A DNA stretch of 64,000 nt, taken from the NCBI GenBank assembly GCA_028714535.1, contig JAQTME010000004.1, positions 7,319 to 71,318 of the forward strand, read 5' to 3'. Below, one piece after another: positions 35,528 to 43,875 of the stretch. The DNA is from Candidatus Iainarchaeum sp. (GTDB lineage Archaea > Micrarchaeota > Micrarchaeia > Anstonellales > Bilamarchaeaceae). The notes under the pieces were generated by a model. That model made no database searches, had not been told where the DNA came from, and saw nothing but the letters and a program-made list of their open reading frames with translations. Each line of letters opens with the position of its first letter. The first letter of the stretch is position 1. The translations under genes were made by a program, and so were the position numbers.

Positions 35528-36547
35528 TGAATACTTAAGCCGCACAGTAGGGGCTGGGGCGAAGTGAACGGAGTTCACAACGCACCGGGCCCGTTTTTGT
35601 TTCCCTAACTCGCGCCATAGGCGCTCGTGGGAAACGAGGCGATGCTGCCGGTTTTGTTTGGTGCTTTGCATCACATGAGGAGAAGCCCGACCGCCCAGGG
35701 GTAGCCCATGTGGGCCATCTCAAGGGCAACGTTGATGATGAACGTGTCCCTGTCAATCCTGTGGTCATGCTTGTAGCTCCACTCAGCCATGGCGTTGTGG
35801 ACCATCCGCACGCCGTTCCACTTCAGGTAGAATGTCTTGTGCCTGTTATAGAATTCCCGGTATCTCATGTTCACGAGCAGGCTGCGGCTGGCGACAAGCC
35901 TGCCTGCGACTTCCCTAATCTCGCCATATTCAAACAACGCGCTGGCCTCCGGGCTGAACAGGCCGTCGAGGCGCATCCTCATGCCTTTGGCGACCGCGCC
36001 TTCAATGTCGGCCAAGTCCGGCTGCCTGTCCCCGCTGAAACATGAAGTGATTGCCGTTTCGATGTCGTTTCCGATGAAATTGGCAGCCGCGGCCATGAGT
36101 ATGCTTCTCAGCGCCCCCTCCCTCGCCGCAGTGCACCGCTCCAGGTTGCTGGCAGCCCCGAGCGCGGCAGTCCAGAGCCTGCCCGTGCCCTTCGTCTCGT
36201 ATTCCATGGCCCATTTGAGCCGCCTATCCACCTTTTTCGCCACGCTCTTTTCGTATGTGAGCGGCAGGCCCATGTAAGCGGCCGTCTTGTATGCGCCGAA
36301 TGCCACGCATGCCCTTACCTTCATCCTCTGGGCCAGCGTCCCTTCGGGCACGGGCCTGAGCCCTCCCATCGCAAGAGTGATTGCCATGCAATTATGTTAA
36401 GTGCGACTATTTTAAAATCCGTGCCGGACGCAGGAAAGAGCCGGGCCCGATTTCCTTATCCCAGCCTTAAGGCCGTAGCTTGCCCTCAAGAGAATTCGGG
36501 CAAGAAGTGGGCGAGCAGGGCGAGGTCACATCGGGCCCGTTTTTGTT
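35519..36547. repeat. Four direct copies of the tRNA-Arg 3' terminus core CCGGGCCCG (at 35519, 35587, 36441 and 36533; two extended as CGGGCCCGTTTTTGTT), bracketing the 238-aa gene
   Basis: Exact 16-mer CGGGCCCGTTTTTGTT at 35586-35601 and 36532-36547. 9-mer CCGGGCCCG also at 36441-36449 and at the tRNA end. Confidence 0.65.
35671..36387 (-). CDS. Hypothetical alpha-helical protein, 238 aa, in lower-GC islet
   Basis: Long ORF with protein-like composition. Flanked by direct repeats CGGGCCCGTTTTTGTT. Confidence 0.5.
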   Translation of the reverse strand: MAITLAMGGLRPVPEGTLAQRMKVRACVAFGAYKTAAYMGLPLTYEKSVAKKVDRRLKWAMEYETKGTGRLWTAALGAASNLERCTAAREGALRSILMAAAANFIGNDIETAITSCFSGDRQPDLADIEGAVAKGMRMRLDGLFSPEASALFEYGEIREVAGRLVASRSLLVNMRYREFYNRHKTFYLKWNGVRMVHNAMAEWSYKHDHRIDRDTFIINVALEMAHMGYPWAVGLLLM

Positions 36548-36563
36548 CACTGGCCTGATTGTC

Positions 36564-37304
36564 TCAGTGTTTCTGTGCGCGGATGAGATCCTTGACTTTT
36601 CCCACGTCGGCGTCAGGGACTTCCGCCAACACTCCGAGCACATGGCGCGTTGTCAGATATGCAAAAATGCCATGATTGGCGAGAGTGTCACCGTATGCCT
36701 TGATGTTGCGGACCAGAAGGCCCACGTAGGCCCCCTCATCCCTATTCAGGTATCTGGAAGACGGGTGTTCGTACGCAAGTGCCTCATCGCCGCAGGGGAC
36801 GGTGGTTCCCCCATACGGAATGCCCCAGCCGGACTTGCCGGGGAATTCTGTGATCGGGATCAGCTTGTTTTCCAGGATATCCAGATAGATGCTTTTCCCT
36901 CCTTTCACGAAATTGGCAGAACTCAACCCAAAGGCGACAATCGCAATGTCTTTTTCATTCTTGTACGTGCCGGTCGCAAAAACAATATCCTGGCTGCCGG
37001 GGCTCTTAAAAACGATTTCGCTGCCGAATTTTGTGCCTGGTTTTTCGTAAGCGATGAAACCGTCGACCGCAAAAGGAGGCAGCTGCTTCCAAGCCGTGCT
37101 CCTGATATCGAGCAATTCGTTCGCCACTGTGTGTGACATGACAGTCAGCTTCGTTTCGTGCTTTTTGTTGAATCTTTCCACCATGGGGTGCGCGTCGAAA
37201 AGCCTGGTAGTATTGTCACCCCTGAGAACCAGGAAGTTTTTGCACTGGCGGTCTGAGAGCCTGAACGACGCTATCCTATCCCCATAAACCTGCTTTCTGG
37301 CCAA
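36564..37304 (-). CDS. Hypothetical protein, 246 aa, lowest-GC gene in the window (~50%)
   Basis: Preferred over the overlapping +strand ORF 36480-37136, whose product is Arg/Cys-rich and looks antisense. Confidence 0.5.
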   Translation of the reverse strand: MARKQVYGDRIASFRLSDRQCKNFLVLRGDNTTRLFDAHPMVERFNKKHETKLTVMSHTVANELLDIRSTAWKQLPPFAVDGFIAYEKPGTKFGSEIVFKSPGSQDIVFATGTYKNEKDIAIVAFGLSSANFVKGGKSIYLDILENKLIPITEFPGKSGWGIPYGGTTVPCGDEALAYEHPSSRYLNRDEGAYVGLLVRNIKAYGDTLANHGIFAYLTTRHVLGVLAEVPDADVGKVKDLIRAQKH

Positions 37305-37480
37305 AATATCACCTGAGCGCTATTGTTTGTTGAGTATCATGCAGCAATATACTTAAATATGTATCTTTTAACACAAAATGGCGGCGGAATGCCCGGTCAC
37401 GCGCCGCGCCGGTCATGCTTTTTAATATCTTGCCCCCCACATCACATCAGGAAACTGATTTTTCACATACGGTGATTGTC

Positions 37481-37726
37481 ATGGCCATGGAAGTGAAGGA
37501 CATAAGCAATATGGTGGAGACCCTGGTGAACGATAGCACCATCCCGAAGAACATACGCAAGGCGCTCCTGGAGGCGAAGACGCGGCTTGACAGCGGCGAG
37601 GACAAGGGAGTCAAGGTCAGCGCCGCCATCTACCTCATCGAGTCCATCAGCGACGACATCAACATGCCGTCACATGCGCGCACCCAGATATGGGCCATAA
37701 TGAGCGCCCTGGAATCCCTGGCCTGA
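37481..37726 (+). CDS. UPF0147-family small conserved archaeal protein
   Basis: ...PKNIRKALLEAKTRL...NMPSHARTQIWAIMSALESL matches the family hallmark (PRNIRRAA...MPxYARTxIWNI). Confidence 0.6.
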   Translation: MAMEVKDISNMVETLVNDSTIPKNIRKALLEAKTRLDSGEDKGVKVSAAIYLIESISDDINMPSHARTQIWAIMSALESLA

Positions 37727-37730
37727 TTCC

Positions 37731-39161
37731 ATGCTCGGCGAACTCGCGGAAAAGGGCGTGAGGGTGACCGTCGAGGCAGAAGAGCTCCTGAAATCAAGGG
37801 AGGCGGACCTGGAACTCATAGTGAAGCTCATCGGCCTGCAGAAGCCGCTGATTTCAAAGGAGGACGTGGAGTCGCTGCTGAAGCCGCCGGAGCTGCGGCC
37901 CGTGGAAGTGGTGCCGGCAGCGGCGTTCGCGCCGCTGGCGAAGGAATTCTCGTCCGATATAAGGCTCAACCACACCCTGGACGTGACAGGCAAGTCCCGC
38001 ACCAGGGGCGAGGTGGAGAACTTCATAAGCTATTTCCGCAACAGGTACGAGCGCCTGTCGCGCATGCTGCGCAGGAACGGCACCGTCCAGACCGACCTGG
38101 CGGACGTCCGGAAGCGCCTCAACGAGCGCGTCCGCGTGGTGGTGCTCATCTCGGACAAGAAGGAGACCAAGAAGGGCAACCTGCTTTTCGAGGTGGAGGA
38201 CATGACCGGCTCGTTCAAGGTCGTGGTCTCCCAGTCCAGGTACAACGAGAAGATACTCGACAAGGCGCGCGGCGTCATACTGGACGACGTGGTCGCCATA
38301 ACCGGCAAGGTGCTCGAGCCATACATCATAGCGGAGGAGATAGAATGGCCTGACCTGCCGGTGGTGCGCGAGAAGAGCCGCTCGGAGAACGACGTCGCCA
38401 CCGCCTACCTGTCGGACATCCATTTCGGCAGCAGGTATTTCCTCGAGAAGAAGCTCCAGTCCTTCGTCGAGTGGCTGCACGGCAGGGGCGAGGCCAGGGA
38501 ACTCGCCGGCAAGGTGAAATACCTGGTGATAGCCGGCGACGTGGTGGACGGCATAGGGGTCTACCCCAACCAGGAGAAGGAGCTGCTGGTCAAGGACATA
38601 CACCAGCAATACGCCATGTTCGACGATTTCATAGCCAGCCTGCCGGACTACATAGAGGTCATAGCAGCGCCCGGCAACCACGACGCGGTCCGCCGCGGCG
38701 AGCCCCAGCCGGCCCTTGGCAAGGACCTGGTTTCCTCTGACATTACCCTGGTCGGCAACCCGTCGTCCCTGTCGCTGGAGGGCGTGAAGCACCTGGTCTA
38801 CCACGGCACGTCCATCGACTCCATGATATCCAGCATCCCGGGCACGGCCTACGCGCACCCGGAGAAGGTGATGGTGGAATACCTGAAGCGGCGCCACCTC
38901 TCGCCGATATACGGCGGCAACCTGATAATCCCGGAGAACATAGACTACATGGTCATAGACGAGCCGCCGGACGTGTTCCACTGCGGCCACGTGCACAAGA
39001 ACGGGTACGTGCAGTACCGCAACACGCTGGTCATAAATTCGGGCACGTTCCAGGACCGGACGGATTTCCAGGTCAAGCAGGGCCACGTGCCCACCCCCGC
39101 GCTCGTCCCGGTGTATGAGATGAAGCACGGGCGCCTCCGCACCCTGGACTTCAACTACTAA
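37731..39161 (+). CDS. polB1: DNA polymerase II (PolD) small subunit DP1 (calcineurin-like phosphoesterase)
   Basis: VIAGDVVDG, GNHD, HCGHVH metallophosphatase motifs plus N-terminal DP1 domain. Confidence 0.8.
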   Translation: MLGELAEKGVRVTVEAEELLKSREADLELIVKLIGLQKPLISKEDVESLLKPPELRPVEVVPAAAFAPLAKEFSSDIRLNHTLDVTGKSRTRGEVENFISYFRNRYERLSRMLRRNGTVQTDLADVRKRLNERVRVVVLISDKKETKKGNLLFEVEDMTGSFKVVVSQSRYNEKILDKARGVILDDVVAITGKVLEPYIIAEEIEWPDLPVVREKSRSENDVATAYLSDIHFGSRYFLEKKLQSFVEWLHGRGEARELAGKVKYLVIAGDVVDGIGVYPNQEKELLVKDIHQQYAMFDDFIASLPDYIEVIAAPGNHDAVRRGEPQPALGKDLVSSDITLVGNPSSLSLEGVKHLVYHGTSIDSMISSIPGTAYAHPEKVMVEYLKRRHLSPIYGGNLIIPENIDYMVIDEPPDVFHCGHVHKNGYVQYRNTLVINSGTFQDRTDFQVKQGHVPTPALVPVYEMKHGRLRTLDFNY

Positions 39162-39249
39162 AAGCGCAGGTTGCGCCCGTAGGATAACTTTATAAATTTA
39201 AACCGCATATCCCGTGTAACGGTGAACCACGTTCATCAACGGTGATCGA

Positions 39250-39507
39250 ATGGCCAAATATCTTATAGCAAGGCAACTCTCTGGGAAAAAGATCGTGACC
39301 AATGACGGCGAGGACTTCGGAAGGCTTGTGGACCTCAATGTGAACGAGGTGAGCGGCAAGATAGAGACGCTCATAATCGAGCCCAACCCTGACAGCGAGA
39401 CGGCCTCGAAGATGAAAAGGGAAGACGGCATGGTGAATGTCGCCTATGAGAGCGTCCTCGCAGTAGGCGATTTCATAATCGTCGAAAAGAGGAACATGTC
39501 CTACTAA
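39250..39507 (+). CDS. PRC-barrel domain protein
   Basis: ...KIVTNDGEDFGRLVDLNVNEVSGKIETLIIEP... typical archaeal PRC barrel, 85 aa. Confidence 0.65.
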   Translation: MAKYLIARQLSGKKIVTNDGEDFGRLVDLNVNEVSGKIETLIIEPNPDSETASKMKREDGMVNVAYESVLAVGDFIIVEKRNMSY

Positions 39508-39512
39508 TTTTT

Positions 39513-40154
39513 ATGTTTTCCTATATCGCAGGCATCGACGAGGCAGGCCGGGGGCCGGTGATAGGGCCCCTTGTCGTCTGCTGCGCATTTTGCAACCGTG
39601 ACGACGAGAAGCTTCTCAGGAAATTCGCATCCAAGGATTCCAAGCAGCTCACTGCCGCGCAGCGCGAGGAGGCATACGCGAAATTGCGCTCGTTCTGCAC
39701 GTTCCGCTGGGTGGAGATAAGCGCGGCCGACCTGAACAAGCTGATGAAGAAGATGTCGCTGAACGACATAGAGGCCAAGGTCATGGCGGACCTGGCCAAG
39801 AAGCTGGACGAGAACAGCGACCTCATGATAGACATGCCAGACCGCTATTCCTGGACGTTCCGCAGGCGCATGGAGAAATTCGGCATAAAGCGGTTCGAGG
39901 CCGAGCACAAGGCCGACGAGAACTACCCCATAGTCGCCGCAGCGTCAATCTGCGCCAAGATAATCAGGGACCACAAGATAGACGAGATACGGGCTGCCAC
40001 GTGCGACTTCGGCAGCGGGTACCCGTCGGACCAGAAGACAATCGCCGCGCTCAAGGACAAGGCCAGGCTGGAGATGCTCCGCCCGTTCATCCGCGAGCGC
40101 TGGAAGACCCTGGACAACCTGAAACAACGGAAATTGTTCGAGGGCGAAGAGTAG
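39513..40154 (+). CDS. rnhB: Ribonuclease HII
   Basis: IAGIDEAGRGPVIGPLVV... catalytic DEAG motif. Confidence 0.85.
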   Translation: MFSYIAGIDEAGRGPVIGPLVVCCAFCNRDDEKLLRKFASKDSKQLTAAQREEAYAKLRSFCTFRWVEISAADLNKLMKKMSLNDIEAKVMADLAKKLDENSDLMIDMPDRYSWTFRRRMEKFGIKRFEAEHKADENYPIVAAASICAKIIRDHKIDEIRAATCDFGSGYPSDQKTIAALKDKARLEMLRPFIRERWKTLDNLKQRKLFEGEE

Positions 40155-40186
40155 CGGAAAGGGAAAATAAAGAAAAGATTTTTCCT

Positions 40187-40921
40187 TCAGCCCGTGCTGT
40201 TGCTCGTGACCACCACGCGGCCGGTCGCGGAGCGCTGCGTGGTCGAGTAGTACGTGCAGTCCATCTCCTGGCCGAGCGTGACCGTCGCCGCCTGGTTTAT
40301 CGCCAGCACGCGCGTGTCGAACACCTGCTTGCCTTCCAGGAAGCACGTCGCTGACATGGGGAAGGCGCCTGTGTTGGTGAAGGTTATGCTGTCGCCGACC
40401 TTCGCGTTGACCTCGGACGGCGTGTAGACGAAGCTGTTTATGGTCACTTCGTAGCTGGCAGGCACGTAGACCGCCGGCTTCTCGGACTCCACCGTGAACG
40501 AGACCGTCTTCTCGATCGCCGGGATATACTTCGTCCTGTCGTTGTTGAGCAGCTCGACCTTCACCGTGTGCGCGCCCGGCGCGAGGTTAGCCATGGTGTA
40601 GGTCCTGGTGCTCACCGTCGCGGGCTGGCCGTCATCCACGGTCACCCTGAAGTGGCCCTCGCCCTTCTTCGCAGCCCCTCCTGGCGGCTTGAGCGCCAGG
40701 TTCTGGTAGCTGAGCGTCAGCGTGACGTCGCCTGTGCTGCCGGCTATCGTTGCCACCTGCCCCGGCGTCGGGCTTGCGATGGTGAACGTCGGCGTCTTGA
40801 CGACCTCGACTGGCGCAGGCGTCTCGTTGGTGACGTTCTGCGCGGGCTGGCCCCCCAGTGTGCAGCCAAAAAGAAGGATGGATGCCATGACAAGTCCGAA
40901 CATGACGAGCTTCGGTTGCAT
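40187..40921 (-). CDS. Secreted lipoprotein with Ig-/cupredoxin-like beta-sandwich domains, hypothetical
   Basis: Signal plus LLFGC lipobox-like motif. Beta-rich repeats. Confidence 0.5.
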   Translation of the reverse strand: MQPKLVMFGLVMASILLFGCTLGGQPAQNVTNETPAPVEVVKTPTFTIASPTPGQVATIAGSTGDVTLTLSYQNLALKPPGGAAKKGEGHFRVTVDDGQPATVSTRTYTMANLAPGAHTVKVELLNNDRTKYIPAIEKTVSFTVESEKPAVYVPASYEVTINSFVYTPSEVNAKVGDSITFTNTGAFPMSATCFLEGKQVFDTRVLAINQAATVTLGQEMDCTYYSTTQRSATGRVVVTSNSTG

Positions 40922-40961
40922 TATGGTGCTTCTCCGGCTGGCTTAAAATACATATCGCCTC

Positions 40962-41612
40962 GTGATTATCCGCATGATAAAAGGCGTCCTTTTCGACTTC
41001 GACGGCGTGGTGGTCCAGTCCGAAGCCCTCCACAAGGAGACCTTCCTGGAGCTGCTCGCGCCCTACGGCGTTTCCGTGTCAGAGGAACGCTGGTACAGGG
41101 AGTTCGCAGGGACCGGCTCGCGGCACATATTCGAAACGCTCGTCAGGGAGAACGGCATAAAGGCCGACGTGGGCGCGCTGGTCGAGCAGCGCAAGAGTAT
41201 ATACGAGGCGCGGGTGCGCCAGGGCGCGCTGAAAGAAACGCCGGGCGTGCGCGAGTTCCTCTCGCTGCTCAGGAAAAAGGGCATAAAGACCGCAATCGTG
41301 TCAGGGAGCCACAGGAGCAACGTCGCCGCAGCCCTGTCCGTGCTCCATCTGGGCGGCCTTTTCGACGTGATAGTCAGCGGCGACGACCTGGCCGAGAGGA
41401 AGCCGTCGCCAGCGCCGTTCCTGCACGCCGCGAAGCTGCTCGGCCTGAAGCCGCAGGACTGCGTGGCGGTGGAGGACTCTGTGTCCGGCTGCGCCTCCGC
41501 GAAAGCCGCGGGCATGCGCCTCGTCGTCGTCCAATCCCCCGCGAGCAAGGATTTATATGGCTACGATGCGATAATAGATGACTTTTCGGAGTTTCCGCTC
41601 GGGATGTTTTGA
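40962..41612 (+). CDS. HAD-superfamily hydrolase (beta-phosphoglucomutase-like subfamily)
   Basis: Motif I FDFDGVV, motif III K, motif IV GDDLAER...VEDSVSG. Confidence 0.75.
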   Translation: MIIRMIKGVLFDFDGVVVQSEALHKETFLELLAPYGVSVSEERWYREFAGTGSRHIFETLVRENGIKADVGALVEQRKSIYEARVRQGALKETPGVREFLSLLRKKGIKTAIVSGSHRSNVAAALSVLHLGGLFDVIVSGDDLAERKPSPAPFLHAAKLLGLKPQDCVAVEDSVSGCASAKAAGMRLVVVQSPASKDLYGYDAIIDDFSEFPLGMF

Positions 41613-41613
41613 C

Positions 41614-42789
41614 ATGATTAAGCTTGAGCTGGACCGGAAAAAGCGCTCTCTGTCCGTGAAGGAGCCGGCCGACGTCTCCTCGCTGCAGAACGGCTTTTAC
41701 GGCCAGATGAAGAAAGGGATAATATACCTCGCCCCAGAGGAAGCGCTCTACATAATGGACATAAGGAACGGGCGCTGCTTCGACGAGGTGGGCAACGAAT
41801 ACTCCTTCAATTCGGTCGCCGCGCTGTTCCTGAAGATAAAGAAGCTGCTGGCCCGCTACCTCACGTATAAGGACTATCGCGACAAGGGGCTGATACTCCG
41901 CGATGCGAAAGAGGCGGAAGGCGGCTACGGGCGCACGGTGCTCAAGAAATACGCGGGCGGCTCGTTCAAGTTCGACTCGTTCGCCTTCGAAGGGCTTTTC
42001 TTCCCGCAGGACTTATTGACGCTGGTCGACGACGAGAAGGTTGGCAAGGAACTCTACGAGCGGTATTGGATAGGCCAGTTCGGCACCTACAAGGCTGCGC
42101 ACCGCGGCCGCATATCCAAGCTGGACGTGTATGAGACGATTTTCCTGCTCAAGCACGGCGGCCTGCACCTTACGAATGCGAAGCTGCACGACGTCGAGAA
42201 GACGGCGCGCAAGCGCATAAAGTTCTTCGACGACATGTACCTCGTCTACGAGGACTGGAGGCGCAGGGGCTACGTGGTCAAGACCGGCTTCAAGTTCGGC
42301 ACCCATTTCAGGATATACTTCCCGGGCGCGTCGCCCGTCCGCGCAGAGGACGAATGGATGCACTCCAGGCACGTGATACACAACTTCCCCAGGAAGCACA
42401 AGCTGCTCATCTCGGAATGGGCGCGCGCCATCCGCGTGGCGCACAGCGTGAAGAAGACGTTCATACTGGCGATTCCGGGCAAGAAGGCCGCCATAAAGGT
42501 CGACCCGAAGAAGCCGCGGCTTGACTTCCTGCTCTACCACCGCCGCAAGGACGGCATAGAGACGCCGAAGGACGGCACGCCGCGCTACCTGATGTACTCG
42601 CTCACCGAGGACGAATATATCGGCGGCGAGGGGCTGGCCGAGGCGCTCGCGGAGGCCAGGCATTACGGCCTGGAGATGATGATGGCCATAAGCGACAGGG
42701 AGAGCAGCGTCACATACTACATAATCAAGGAGATCGAGCTCCCGGGGAGCGAATACGAGTACTATGAAATTGAGTGGTTGCAACCTTAG
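41614..42789 (+). CDS. endA: tRNA-splicing endonuclease with two tandem EndA-like units (alpha2/epsilon2-type architecture), 391 aa
   Basis: C-terminal catalytic unit GYVVKTGFKFGTHFRIY...HSRHV...K. Upstream degenerate repeat unit. Start chosen at MIKLELD just after the HAD stop. Confidence 0.65.
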   Translation: MIKLELDRKKRSLSVKEPADVSSLQNGFYGQMKKGIIYLAPEEALYIMDIRNGRCFDEVGNEYSFNSVAALFLKIKKLLARYLTYKDYRDKGLILRDAKEAEGGYGRTVLKKYAGGSFKFDSFAFEGLFFPQDLLTLVDDEKVGKELYERYWIGQFGTYKAAHRGRISKLDVYETIFLLKHGGLHLTNAKLHDVEKTARKRIKFFDDMYLVYEDWRRRGYVVKTGFKFGTHFRIYFPGASPVRAEDEWMHSRHVIHNFPRKHKLLISEWARAIRVAHSVKKTFILAIPGKKAAIKVDPKKPRLDFLLYHRRKDGIETPKDGTPRYLMYSLTEDEYIGGEGLAEALAEARHYGLEMMMAISDRESSVTYYIIKEIELPGSEYEYYEIEWLQP

Positions 42790-42852
42790 CAACCACTGCC
42801 GGCCAAAAGCAGCGCTTTTGACGGTCGAATGATACAACCATGGGTGAATGAC

Positions 42853-43128
42853 ATGCCGATAAGAGCGAGCCATATACTGGTGAAGGACGAGCAGGCGGCC
42901 AAGAAGCTGCTTTACGAGCTCCAGGCAGGGGCGAACTTCGCGATGCTGGCGAAGAAGCACTCCATGTGCCCGAGCGCCGAGCAGGGCGGGGACCTGGGCT
43001 TCTTCGACAAGGGGCAGATGGTGAAGGAATTCGAGGATGCGGCGTTCTCCGCGTCGGTCGGCGTTCCCGTCGGCCCTGTGAAGACGCAGTTCGGCTACCA
43101 CCTCATCCTGGTGACCGCCAAAAGGTAG
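42853..43128 (+). CDS. Parvulin-type (PpiC) peptidyl-prolyl cis-trans isomerase
   Basis: IRASHILVKDE...GGDLGFF..GQMVKEFEDAAF...GYHLILV. Confidence 0.75.
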   Translation: MPIRASHILVKDEQAAKKLLYELQAGANFAMLAKKHSMCPSAEQGGDLGFFDKGQMVKEFEDAAFSASVGVPVGPVKTQFGYHLILVTAKR

Positions 43129-43212
43129 GATTTACGCCGTAAAACCTCTTGTTTACCTGCCAAAACACAACCGATAGCCTTTTAATGTATTTGTTTCATA
43201 AATTGTATTGGT

Positions 43213-43806
43213 GTGTATATGGGATGGGTAAAATCCGCTTCAATACTTTTCATGCTGCTCTGCTCCAGCTTCGCCGCCATACTCGAATCAGGCGATTCTG
43301 GCGTGCAGTTCGCTGCTGACGTCTCGGCCGCCAAGTGCGCCGAGGCAGGCGTGCAGGCGGTTTACCTGTGCTCAGGCAACGTCGTGCGCGTGGTTTCCGC
43401 CGACGGCAGCGCGTTCTACAAGCCGGAAGGCAAGATAGTGCGCTGCGCCAACGTGGCCCCGTCGCAGATGGGCGCCGAGTGCATGCAGATGATGACCCCG
43501 AACTACTGCCCTGTCAAGGCCGACTGCGGCGTGTCCAACGCCACCGCGACCTTCCCCGGCAACACCACCAACGCTTCCACGGCGCAGGTAAGGGACCTCA
43601 GTTCGCCTTCTGTGCCGGCAGTCACGCCTGTGAAGGCGTCCGCCAAGCCCCTTGCAGAATCAAAGAAAACCGACATCGTCATACCTGCTGCGGCTCCGAG
43701 CTCGTTCGAGTTCTCCATGGACTCGCTCGCCATAGTCGTGCTCCTGCTGGGCGCGGTTTCGGTCGGCGTGCTGTTCACGATGTTCAAGAACAGCATATCG
43801 GAGTAA
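43213..43806 (+). CDS. Secreted protein with C-terminal TM anchor, hypothetical
   Basis: Signal ASILFMLLCSSFAAILE. C-terminal LAIVVLLLGAVSVGVLFTMF plus short tail. Confidence 0.5.
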   Translation: MYMGWVKSASILFMLLCSSFAAILESGDSGVQFAADVSAAKCAEAGVQAVYLCSGNVVRVVSADGSAFYKPEGKIVRCANVAPSQMGAECMQMMTPNYCPVKADCGVSNATATFPGNTTNASTAQVRDLSSPSVPAVTPVKASAKPLAESKKTDIVIPAAAPSSFEFSMDSLAIVVLLLGAVSVGVLFTMFKNSISE

Positions 43807-43875
43807 ATCCCCTTTTTCCGCTTTATTTTCCAGCGCCAGCGATGCCTATTTATACCTCATTCCAGAACTCCCCCC

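Noticed and set aside
35586-36547. Interpreting CGGGCCCGTTTTTGTT solely as an att site
   Set aside because: Not fully rejected. The motif is itself a GC palindrome followed by a T-run and could serve as a transcription terminator on the plus strand. Both readings were kept in the finding.
36480-37136. +strand 218-aa ORF overlapping the 246-aa minus-strand hypothetical gene
   Set aside because: Translation is Arg/Cys-rich and antisense-like. The minus-strand frame has balanced composition and conventional stop and TATA context.
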